From Octopus vulgaris (lineage: Eukaryota), in assembly GCA_951406725.2 (NCBI GenBank), contig OX597831.1:49042001-49106000 (forward strand): a DNA stretch of 64,000 bases, in the 5' to 3' direction. The notes under the pieces are model-generated. The model made no database searches. It was not told the DNA's origin and saw only the letters and a list, made by a program, of their open reading frames with translations. Below, in pieces: positions 12,480 to 23,209 of the stretch (position 1 is the first letter of the stretch; every line of letters begins with the position of its first letter). Both the position numbers and the translations under genes were made by a program.

Positions 12480-12882
12480 TGAAACCATTGTGTGTAATTT
12501 GAGGAAGATTTTGCTGTTATATCTAGCATGCCTAACGATCATGTAAGATGCTCTTTTGATGGCTCGTTTTGTGTAGTAAATGTATTACAGTAAATATCTT
12601 TATCGGTAAACTTTCAAATAAAACTGGAATTGTCTCCCTTGTTCATTTGCCGTTACTGTTGGATTAAACAAGGCTATAATTTTTAATTTTCGTAATATTT
12701 CAAGAATTTAAGCATTATCTTACTAAACCATTGAATTAGAAATAATGAGTTGTAGTAGTTGAGTTCTAATATATATAATGAAATTTGATGAAAAATTAAT
12801 ATTTCAAGGTAATATTAGAGGCAATATCAGTGAAGCTACAATGCAAATATCGTTTATATGAGATTTGTGAACGCCGAAAGAC
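12480..12882 (+). promoter_or_regulatory. Conserved U1 upstream (promoter) block, repeated before copies 2-10; octamer ATGCAAAT at 12841-12848
   Basis: ~400 bp nearly invariant upstream of nine copies while spacers differ; the position matches Pol II snRNA PSE/DSE regions. Confidence 0.7.
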
Positions 12883-13045
12883 ATACTTACCTGGCACAGG
12901 AGTAAACCATGATCATCTAGGTGGTTCTCCCAAAGTGAGGCCCTTCCATTGCACTCCGGTTGGGTTGACCTTTGCGATCGCCCCAAATGTGGGCGACTCG
13001 GGTGCGCTATTTCTAAGTGTGGGGTCTGCGTTCGCGCTCACCCCG
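12883..13045 (+). ncRNA. U1: U1 snRNA gene, copy 2
   Basis: Full U1 motif set; conserved upstream block and 3'-box-like AAAAATAGA. Confidence 0.96.
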
Positions 13046-13066
13046 TCATATAATCGAAAAATAGAC
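13046..13066 (+). terminator. snRNA 3'-box-like element (AAAAATAGA here; AAAAACAGA after copies 4 and 10)
   Basis: AAAAA(T/C)AGA about 10 nt after the U1 end, retained in both 3' flank types; resembles the A-rich..AGA half of the 3' box. Confidence 0.55.
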
Positions 13067-13618
13067 TGTCCGACTACAGAAGTTGGAATTTCTCCTTTTG
13101 AAAGGGGTTTTCCAGGTCCTTTCTATTTTCATTTGTCTTTCAAATTATGAAAAACGTTTTGGCTGGGTTTTGTCATCTTATTTTCTCCAAGGCACCCGCG
13201 GATTATGGTAAAAATCGATTTTCAGCCATAACTTTTACCAATTTCAACGTGAGTTAAGGCGAGAAACAAAAACAAAGAGTAAATTTTTAGATTAACACCC
13301 GCTCGATTTTCACCAAGAAAAAACTCGGACTTTTTGCGTGGAATCAAGTACCCTGACCTCATAATATGCTACAGATCACTTATTTTAGTTCGGTAAGGAA
13401 GTGGGGTGAGGGGACCCCCCCCCCAATCCCGGATCATTAGGAATTTTTTCTTTTCGTTGAATGAATTTCTGTGACAAAACCCTTTTTAGGGATAGAAAAT
13501 CGGTGTGAGTTGGAAGCCTCTGAAATTCTAACCACTCTTATTTTACAGAAAAAAATTTCCAAAGTGAATTATATGGTTCGTCATTGAATAGAGTAGAGAA
13601 CGTGATATTATATATATA

Positions 13619-14007
13619 CTGGCAGTATCGCCCGGCGTTGCTCGGGTTTGTAAGGGAAATAACTATATAACCATTTTTAGAGAGTTATATAAAAAAAAAT
13701 GCATTGAAAATGGGAAAAAAAAATGATGGTAAATTTTTTTTTAAATCGTTGACTCATCGTAGACATTTTTAGAGAGTTACTTCCCTTATATAATAGCGAA
13801 AAAATGCATTAAAATGGAAAAAATCGATGGTAAATATTTTTAAAATCATAGACTCATCGTGGACGCGCGCTAATACCCAGAAGGGCTCGATATCAATCAC
13901 GACTATAAGATACCCGGTTTTGGTTAAACTGCACCGCAAAATGTGGGAGCAGTTAGGAATCTAAATCGTAGGAGACAGACACACAACTTCACTTTTATTT
14001 ATAAAGA
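13619..14007 (-). mobile_element. Non-autonomous Helitron
   Basis: Minus strand starts TCTTT.., ends with hairpin CCCGAGCAACGCCGGG followed by CCAG (CTAG in the other copies); A^T target. Confidence 0.75.
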
Positions 14008-14143
14008 TATATTTTCAACCATAACTTTTAGCAATTTTGATGTATTTTGTTCAAATTCGATGCCAGCATTTCTTAGGACTCATGGGATTTTTGATTGCTT
14101 TAAGTTCTTCGGGGAAAAAAATCGATAAAACGATTCCTTATGG

Positions 14144-16285
14144 AGTAATGTGTGTGTGTGTGTATGTATGTATGGCCGATTCAGTGTTTACATTATTTCG
14201 AGTTAAAACGAAAGATTACCTTTGCCTGTTTATGTAACGGTCTGCTATGTAGAAAATAATGAGGTTGACTCAATGGAATAATGACTGATCGAAGATATAG
14301 ACAAATTTTTTTTTATTTAATCGTTATACATGCCTTGTCGACTGCTACTGTGCAGCCTTAATGTCTCTGTTGATTTGACGATGGTGAAATGGTAAGAAAA
14401 AGACGGGAGAGTTATAAAATGAGGAGGAGATATTCTTCTCATGAGAAAAGAGTTGCATGCAAAGGAAAAGGCTTTGAGCAAAAGGCTTCGTTTCACGTTA
14501 CTATGATCGACACAGTTTTAAATGGGCAACCCTACCCGTCTAGCCTCAGGGTGGCATCACTCAGAAGCTACAACAATGCGAGGAAGCGCATTGTGACCAG
14601 CGATATGTAGCAACATCCGACAGTCTAGTCGGTACAGTGATTTGTGTTGTTTTGAGACGAAGGGACAGTTCCGAAATGCCAAATTCCTCTTCTCCCCACG
14701 GCACACGAACTCATCCAGACTGAAGAATCAACATGGCTTTGCTAAGTCAATTGATGTGTTTTCCGTTTGACTTAAAACTTTTCCGCGTCTACACAGACAC
14801 CACACGAAAACAATAGGTGTCACAGTGATATACCTCTTTTTCTACAGTCGGCCGAAATGAAGAAGTGACAATGCCACCTTCACATTCTCTATTGTCAGCA
14901 TCGAGCATCGACAATTGGTGACAGACCGACGTTATTAGAATACATCAATCACAACGATACAACTGGTTACCCACAACGTGATTCGAACACAACAACCCTG
15001 CCACAATTGCTGACCCCCGAACCACAGAACTGCAGTCTTCGTTACCTTATCCATTACATTTGGTGAGCTCGACTTCAAAGACTTACTGCTTTAGCATCGC
15101 ATGAACTCTTGAAAACAATTACAGTCCGTGCCAGTCGCATCAACAAGAATTATAGGACACGAACTTTCACGACGCATAGTTTTCAGTTCCATCGTTACAT
15201 GCCCAACACAACACGAAAGGAATGAAGTCACCGACTCAATGGACACACACTAATTACATTCCACATGTACTGCAACCCGATGCACAGATCCACGAGGGAA
15301 ACAGTTGCGATACATAAATGCAACACTTAGGACAGCTACCCAACCAAGAGAACTAACCTTTTCTCACTTTTCAGCATAGACTTTTCACACAGGACATTAC
15401 CAATAGGATTTTGTCACTTTTCGTTACACATTTTGTACTGTTCGTTCCTGTTGCTGCACAACACAATGTTTACACATGCATATATATGCATGCTTGCACA
15501 CAGTTTCTGTGCACATCTATAGACTATTAACTTTTTTTTTCCTTTGCATGCAACTCTTTTCTCATGAGAATATCTCCTCCTCATTTTATAACTCTCCCGT
15601 CTTTTTCTTACCATTTCACCATCGTCACATTAACAGAGACATTAAGGCTACACAGTAGCAGTCGACAAGGCATGTATAACGATTAAATAAAAAACAAATT
15701 TGTCTGTATCTTCGATCACTGTCATTATTCCATTGAGTCAACCTCATTATTTTCTACATAGCAGACCGTTACATAAACAGGCAAAGGTAATCTTTCGTTT
15801 TAACTCGAAATAATGTAAACACTGAATCGGCCATATATACATACACACACACAAACATACATACACACACACATACATACACATACATACATACACACAC
15901 ATACATACATAGATACATACACACACACATACATGCATACATACATATACACATACACCGAGTAAAAAATTTCAGTTATCTCTCTCTTTCACACATTACT
16001 CTGTCTCTTCACACACACTAACAGAAGCACTTCACTTACACAACATACTGTCTGTCTCCCACATCCCATTAAACACACACACACACACACACGCATACAC
16101 ACACACATGTACATCAATGCTTGCCATGCACGGTAACTTCAAAAGAACTTCCCTCGTCATACAATCGCTTTCTCTTAGTCTCTTTTGCTCTCATTACTTC
16201 AAAAGTTCCCGCAAGCCCATATGTAAAAAAAAAGAAGTTTTTTACGGAAATCGACTGAAAGGTCTACTAGAGACGAAAGATTGCC
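14144..16285. mobile_element. Large foldback member of the Merlin-like family (left end deleted)
   Basis: ~320-bp inverted arms at 14149-14469 and 15535-15860; right arm ends GAAAGATTGCC like the MITEs at 2.6-4.1 kb. Confidence 0.6.
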
Positions 16286-17360
16286 ATTTTTTTTCTGCTG
16301 TAAAGGATCCCACCATAGTTTTACGTGCAAAGAAATTGGCCAAAATTAGTCCGGAGTGTGATGGTGAGGTTGGTGGGAGAGTAAAAAAAGAATAAATTTT
16401 GAACACGTATCTTCGTAAAAATTTGCCCCTCCCCTATTAAATTCACGAAGAGCTTTGTTATACTGCCTGCTATCCAATGTATCCCTTGAGATTGCCATGA
16501 CCCCCTCCCCCCAATCCTCTTTACAGTCTTACACAGTAGATCCGTAAGTACTATACTCATAAAAGTGCCGTCTGAAGCGGGTCGCTACATTGCCTCCTCC
16601 CCAAATACGCTACAGGCATTGATTGTAAACATCTTCCATCAGTGGTTTGTTTTATAAAATATTGTATTTAGTAGTGAAATTTTGGATCTTTTCATGAAAT
16701 TTTTTCTTTTACATAATTTTTTCTTGAATGTATGTCTATATTTCAACGAAACACGATATTACTTATTCCGGTATCAAACAACCGGTCGTACATACAGTGG
16801 ACTGTGTTTAGCCCCTTGTGGGTAGTAAAGAAATAGGTATCTATACAGATATCGTATACGTGCTTGCGTACGTGCGTGCGTGCGTGCGGATGTGTGTATA
16901 CTCTACTTGTTCCCCACCAACGGTTGACAACCGGCGCTGGTTAGTTTTCATCTTTGTAAAAAATAGAAACCATTGTGTGTAATTTGGGGAAGATTTCGTG
17001 GTTATATCTAGCATGCCTAACGATCATGTAAGATGCTCTTTTGTTGGTTCGTTTTGTGTAGTAAATGTATTGCAGTAAATATCTTTATCGGTAAACTTAC
17101 TGAAATTGTCTCCCTTGTTCATTTGCCGTTACTGTTGGATTAAACGAGGCTATAATTTCTAAATTTTATAATATTTCAAGAAATTAAAGCATTATCTTAC
17201 TAAACCATTGAATTAGAAATAATGAGTTGTAGTAGTTGAGTTCTAATATATATAATGAAAATTGATGAAAAATTAATATTTCAAGGTAATATTAGAGGCA
17301 ATATCAGTGAAGTTACAATGCAAATATCGTTTATATGAGATTTGTGAACGCCGAAAAAAT

Positions 17361-17523
17361 ATACTTACCTGGCACAGGAGTAAACCATGATCATCTAGGT
17401 GGTTCTCCCAAAGTGAGGCCCTTCCATTGCACTCCGGTTGGGTTGACCTTTGCGATCGCCCCAAATGTGGGCGACTCGGGTGCGCTATTTCTAAGTGTGG
17501 GGTCTGCGTTCGCGCTCACCCCG
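17361..17523 (+). ncRNA. U1: U1 snRNA gene, copy 3
   Basis: Same sequence as copy 2, same upstream block. Confidence 0.96.
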
Positions 17524-18076
17524 TCATATAATCGAAAAATAGACAGTCCGACAACAGAAGTTGGAATTTCACCTTTTGACAGGAATTTTCCAGGTTCTTC
17601 CTTTTTTCAAATTATAACATTTTGGAAATTTTGTCAACTTATTTTCTCCAAAGCACCCGCGGATAGTGGTAAAAATCGATTTTCAGCCATAACTTTTACC
17701 AATTTCCACGTGAGTTAAGGCGAGAAACAAGGACAAAAAGTAGGTTTTTAGATTAACACCCACTCGATTTTCACCAAGAGAAAGCTCGGACTTTTGGCGT
17801 GGAATCAAGTACCCCGACCTCCTAATATGCTGCAGATCACTTATTTTTAGTTCGATAAGGAAGTGGGGTGAGGGGAAAACCCCGGAATCATTAGGATTTT
17901 TTTTTTTTCGTTGAATGAATTTCTGTGACCTGCTAATATGCTACAAAAGCCTTTTTGGGGATAGAAAATCGGGGTGAGGTCGAGGCCTCGGAAATTTTAA
18001 CCACTCCCAACATTTTATAGAAAAAGTTTTCCAGAGCGTGAATTATATGGTTCGTTATTGAATACAGTAGAGAATG

Positions 18077-18952
18077 TGAAATCATTTGCTGCGTCTAAAA
18101 ACTGAGACACGCTGGTTACTGTTACGTAAACAGCACACACACACACACGTGTTATTCATCCTTCTCTCTTCTGTCTGTCTCGCTCTTTAGTCATCCGCAC
18201 ACATAAATGTCATTCATACATGTGTGCGTGTGCACATGTTTATATATTTATTAGTAAATTTCTTCTTTACGATTATTAGTAAATTCACGTTTATTTATCA
18301 TTATCAATAACGAATTACTGCCGTTGTTTAGACCGGCCCCATTACGTAACTGGTACTTAATTTATCCCTAACTCTTACCCTAACACTAAACCTAACCAAA
18401 GCTAGCGACCGATGTCACAAGATAGGGTTAGGGTTAGGGTTAGGGATAAATTAAGTACCAGTTACGCATGCACGCACTGGTGTCGATAGAGCCCCTTGCC
18501 GGAACAAATTTACACAAAAGGTAAATAAACCAGAAATGGGGATCAATGTTTCATCGTTTCGGGTTCGATAAATTAAGTACCAATTACGCACTGGTGTCGA
18601 GGATTTTTTCCCCAATTTATATCACAGCCTCCGACAAGCTGGGGCATCCTTTTATGAAAAAACTTTTCGCAAATTTTTACAATACGAACCACACTCCACG
18701 CACACCCTCATATCCCACTCTAGACCGATTTAGGCATATTATTGTTTTGTTTTTGGCCCTTTAAAACCATGGGAGAAGCGTTTTTGGTAAAAAAAAAAAA
18801 AAGAATAAAGAAAATATTCATAAAATATCGTTGATATTTTTATTGCGCGACGAAATTCATCGATTTAAGAGATATGGCTGTTATTTCTAGCACATGCCAA
18901 CACAACCCTCCTCATTTGTTTATCAATATCGATAACGCAGCAAATGATTTCA
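18077..18952. mobile_element. Putative MITE with 18-bp TIR TGAAATCATTTGCTGCGT
   Basis: Perfect inverted match between 18077-18094 and 18935-18952; no TSD found. Confidence 0.5.
18345..18466. repeat. Palindrome containing TTAGGG/CCCTAA repeats fused to SINE-core sequence
   Basis: CGTAACTGGTACTTAATTTATCCCTAA ... (TTAGGG)3 ATAAATTAAGTACCAGTTACG. Confidence 0.8.
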
Positions 18953-20134
18953 GCTCAAAAGAGAGCATAGGATTGGTTAAAATTCGAAAAATTAAACTAC
19001 GTTAAACAAACGAATTACAAATTTATCAAAAAAGCCAAGTGAAAATAATGTTTTCTTTTGACACATTCTACCAGTATACGAAGTTTCAAATTGTTTAGTT
19101 AACTAGAAATTGTGTTGAATTCTGTCTATCAAAAGGAAAAGATCCCTTTTTTTTTTTTACTGGAAAGGATCCCACCATAGTTTTATGTGCAAAGAAATTG
19201 GCCAAAATTAGTCCGGAGTGTGATGGTGAGGTGGTGGGAGAGTAAGAAAGAATAAATTTTGAACACGTATCTTCATAAAGAGATGCCCCTCCCCTATTAA
19301 ATTCACGAAAAACGTTGTTATATTGCGTACTATTCAGAGTGTCTCTTGAGATTGCCATCATTCCCACTCCGATCCTAAGTACTATACTCATAAAAGTGCC
19401 GTCTGAAGCGGGTCGCTACATTGCTTCCTCCCCAAGTACACCACAGGCATTGATTGTAAAAGTCTTCCGTTAGTGGTTTTGTTTTATAAAATATTGTATT
19501 TAGTAGTAAAATGGTTAATACTTCAATAATAATGTTTTACTTGTTTTACATAATTGTGTCTTGAATGTACGTCTATATTTCAACGAAACACGATATTACT
19601 TATTCCGGGCATCAAACAACCGGTCGTACATACACTGGTATATATACAGATATCATATACGTGCATGTGTGTATGCTCTATTTGTCCCCCACCACCGCTT
19701 GATAACCGGCTCTGGTTAGTTTTCATCTTTGTAAAAAATAGAAACCATTGTGTGTAATTTGGGGAAGATTTTGCTGTTATATCTAACATGCCTAACGATC
19801 ATGTAAGATGCTCTTTTGTTGGCACGTTTTGTGTAGTAAATGTATTACAGTAAGTATCTTTATCGGTGAACTTACTGAAATTGTCTCCCTTGTTTATTTG
19901 CCGTTACTGTTGGATAAAACAAGGCTATAATTTCTAAATTTTATAATATTTCAAGAAATTAAAGCATTATCTTACTAAACCATTGAATTAGAAATAATGA
20001 GTTGTAGCAGTTGAGTTCTAATATATATAATGAAATTTGATGAAAAATTAATATTTCAAGGTAATATTAGAGGCAATATCAGTGAAGCTACAATGCAAAT
20101 ATCGTTTATATGAGATTTGTGAACGCTGAAAAAC

Positions 20135-20297
20135 ATACTTACCTGGCACAGGAGTAAACCATGATCATCTAGGTGGTTCTCCCAGAGTGAGGCCTTTCCA
20201 TTGCACTCCGGTTGGGTTGACCTTTGCGATCGCCCCAAATGTGGGCGACTCGGGTGCGCTATTTCTAAGTGTGGGGTCTGCGTTCGCGCTCACCCCG
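20135..20297 (+). ncRNA. U1: U1 snRNA gene, copy 4
   Basis: Full U1; two stem II substitutions compatible with G-U pairing. Confidence 0.96.
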
Positions 20298-20506
20298 TCA
20301 TATAATTAAAAACAGACATAATTAAGAAGAATTTTCCCGTAAATCAAATAAAGAATAGCGGCTCTCCGTCTACAGCTCTCGGTACACAAACATTTTTTTT
20401 TTGTTAAATCCATTTGCACTTATTTTCCTACAGCCTTTCAACGGTCGTTGGCGCCCCTATCCCCTTATCATATATATATATTTTCATGTTTATAATACAT
20501 AAGCGT

Positions 20507-20742
20507 ATAAAACTTAGATATGTTTCGACCAAAGATTGGTCCAGGTCATATCTAAATTACTAGCATCACCTGATAGGATTATCTTAATCCTGTTCAAGTC
20601 AAGTTTTGTTTATGGTCCATTCAAGCAGTGAGTTTTTATTGGGTGAGTTGTTGGGTGGATTATCTGGTATTCCTTGAAGGAATCTATCCAGACTCTGTTT
20701 AAAGTTGATGGGATCCTTTTACTCTTTGATCTCTTACGGTAC
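20507..20742 (-). mobile_element. 3' end of a CR1/L2-group LINE (ORF2 C-terminus and 3' UTR hairpin)
   Basis: Minus frame VP*EIKE*KDPINFKQSLDRFLQGIPDNPPNNSPNKNSLLEW; GACCAATCTTTGGTC hairpin then GAAAC..CTAAGT near the end. Confidence 0.65.
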
Positions 20743-22343
20743 TCCTCTTTGATCTCTTTCGGCATCCTCCTTTGATCTCTTTCGGCACAATCTTTGATCT
20801 CTGTCGGTACCCTCTTTGATCTCTTTCGGCACCCTCTTTGAAATCTTTCGGGACTCTCTTCGATCTCTTCCGGCACCCTCTTTGATCTCTTTCGGCACCC
20901 TCTTTGATCATTTTCGGCACCCTCTTTAATCTCTGTCGGCACCCTCTTTGAGCTCCGTCGGCACGCTCTTTGTTCTCTTTCGGCACCCTCTTTGATCTCT
21001 TTCGTGACCCTCTTTGATCTCTTTCGGTACCCTCTTTGATCTCTTTCGGTACTCTTTGATCTCTGTCGGCACCCTCTTTGATCTCTTTCGGCACCCTCTT
21101 TGATCTCTTTCGGCACTCTCTTTGATCTCTTTCGGGACTCCTCTTTGATCTCTTTCGGCACCATCTTTGATCTTTTTCGGGACCCTCTTTGATCTCTTTC
21201 GGTACCCTCTTTGATCTCCTTCGGCACCCTCTTTGATCTCTTTCGGCACCCTCTTTGATCTCTTTCGGTACCTTCTTTGATCTCTTTCGGGACTTCTCTT
21301 TGATCTCTTTCGGGAACCCTCTTTGATCTCTTTCGAGACCCTCTTTGGTGTCTATCGGCACCATCTTTGATCTCTTTCGGCACTCTCTTTGATATCTTTC
21401 GGGACTCTTCTTTGATCTCTTTCGGCACCATCTTTGATCTTTTTCGGGACCCTCTTTGATCTCTTTCGGTATCCTCTTTGATCTCCTTCGGCACCCTCTT
21501 TGATCTCTTTCGGCACCCTCTTTGATCCCTTTCGGTACCTTCTTTGATCTCTTTCGGGACTTCTCTTTGATCTCTTTCGGGAACCCTCTTTGATCTCTTT
21601 CGAGACCCTCTTTGGTGTCTGTCGGCACCCTCTTTGATCTGTTTCGGGACTCGTCGTTGATCTCTTTCTGCACCCTCTTTGATCTCTTTCGGCACCATCT
21701 TTGATCTCTTTTGGCACTCTCTTTGATCTCTTTCGGCACCCTCTTTGATCTCTTTCGGCACCCTCTTTGATCTCTTTCGGGACCCTCTTTGATCTCTTTC
21801 GGGACCCTCTTTGATCTCTGTCGGCACCTTCTTTGATCTATGTCGGCACCATCTTTGATCTCTTTCGGCACTCTCTTTGATCTCTTTCGGGACTCTTCTT
21901 TGATCTCTTTCGGTACTCTCTTTGATCTCTTTCGGGACTCTTCTTTGATCTCTTTTTGGACTCCTCTTTGATCTCTGTCGGCACCCTCTTTGATCTCTTT
22001 CGGGACTCGTCGTTGATCTCTTTCTGCACCCTCTTTGATCTCTTTCGGGACCCTCTTTGATCTCTTTCGGCACCCTATTTGATCTCCTTCGGTCGGCATC
22101 CTCTTTGATCTCTTTCGGCACCTTCTTTGATCTTTTTCGGGACTCCTCTTTGATCTCTTTCGGGTCTCCTCTTTGATCTCTTTCGGCACCCTCTTTGATC
22201 TCTGTCGGCACCGTCTTTGATCTCTTTCGGCACACTTTTTGATCTCTTTTGGGACTCCTTTTTGATCTCCTTCGGGACCCTCTTTGATCTCTGTCGGCAC
22301 CCTCTTTGATCTCTTTTGGGACTCTTCTTTGATCTCTTTCGGC
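20721..22343. repeat. ~22-bp minisatellite, roughly 70-75 units (core TCTTTGATCTCTTTCGG plus variable 4-6 nt linker)
   Basis: Directly visible tandem repeat; includes a ~267-bp (about 12-unit) internal duplication (21314 vs 21581). Confidence 0.95.
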
Positions 22344-22916
22344 GGATTTCATACATTTCGTTGTCTAGCCTATCACACGCCTGCATGACGCTGGGTTTTC
22401 CGCTGCCCTGCTGCTGCATAAACTTTCGGATAGTGCTCCATGCTCTCTGGGCATCTGCAAACGAAGCGTATTTCTCTTCCACAATTACCTCGTCGTCTTC
22501 ACTTTCCACCATAACTTTCGTTATGCATTACCTCCTTTGCTATTTCTTCTAGAGTGAAACATGTCGGAAAATACAAGGGGCGGTAACTTGTATCAGATAT
22601 TACTAATGATACGAGGGGCCCGACAATAACGTTTTTCGCAGCATCGATAATCTCCTTCTTTTCCTTCAGCGTAAACTCAGTCCGCTTGCGTTTCTGAGCT
22701 GACATTGTGTGCTACTTTCTGCACTTTTCCACAAGATTACAAATACGAAATGTACAAAATGTCGGAGTACAAAATTTTGAAAAGTTGCGTGCGCTTCAGT
22801 TTACAAGTGGCATAGTAGCGAGATTGGCATAGTAAAAAATTTTTTGTTTATTATTTTGCCGGGACCGCGCAAAACTGGCATAGTCGCGAGAGTGGCATAG
22901 TAGCGAGAGTTGACTG
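22344..22916 (-). mobile_element. Internally deleted pogo/Tigger-like DNA transposon, one TIR retained
   Basis: TA-CAGTCAACTCTCGCTACTATGCC TIR with subterminal repeats; MSAQKRKRTEFTLKEKKEII (CENP-B-type HTH start); acidic C-terminal piece ESEDDE..AQRAWSTIRKFM. Confidence 0.8.
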
Positions 22917-23182
22917 TATATATATTTTTTCAACCATAACTTTTAGCAATTTTGATGTATTTTGTTCAAACTTGATGCCAGCATTACTTAGGACTCATGG
23001 GATCTTCGGAAAAAAATATCGATAAACCGATTCCTTATGGGATTTCCTAATCAAATTGTCTGAAACCCATTTTCAGCCAAACGTTTACGAATTTCAACGG
23101 ATTTCGCTCAAATTTGACGTCAGTGTTACTTAGTTTGGCTTGAAACAAAGCGCTTGATAAGCTTAATGATCCTAACTTAATC

Positions 23183-23209
23183 TCCGGCAACGCCGGGCTA
23201 TACTGCTAG
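23183..23209 (+). mobile_element. Helitron 3' terminus on + strand (also at 44662-44689)
   Basis: CCGGCAACGCCGGG hairpin, spacer, CTAG followed by T. Confidence 0.7.

Noticed and set aside
12804-13150. Recurrent ORFs MRPFHCTPVG.. (+) and MGRSQRSTQP.. (-) repeated nine times
   Set aside because: They are translations across the U1 gene; ends and frames vary between copies
18365-18446. True chromosome end
   Set aside because: Only a few repeats, internal, and in both orientations
20721-22343. CRISPR-like repeat/spacer array
   Set aside because: Linkers are only 4-6 nt and mutually related, there are no cas genes, and the context is eukaryotic
20610-22352. 580-aa ORF as a real gene
   Set aside because: Explained by a stop-free 22-bp unit cycling through three frames; not annotated as CDS
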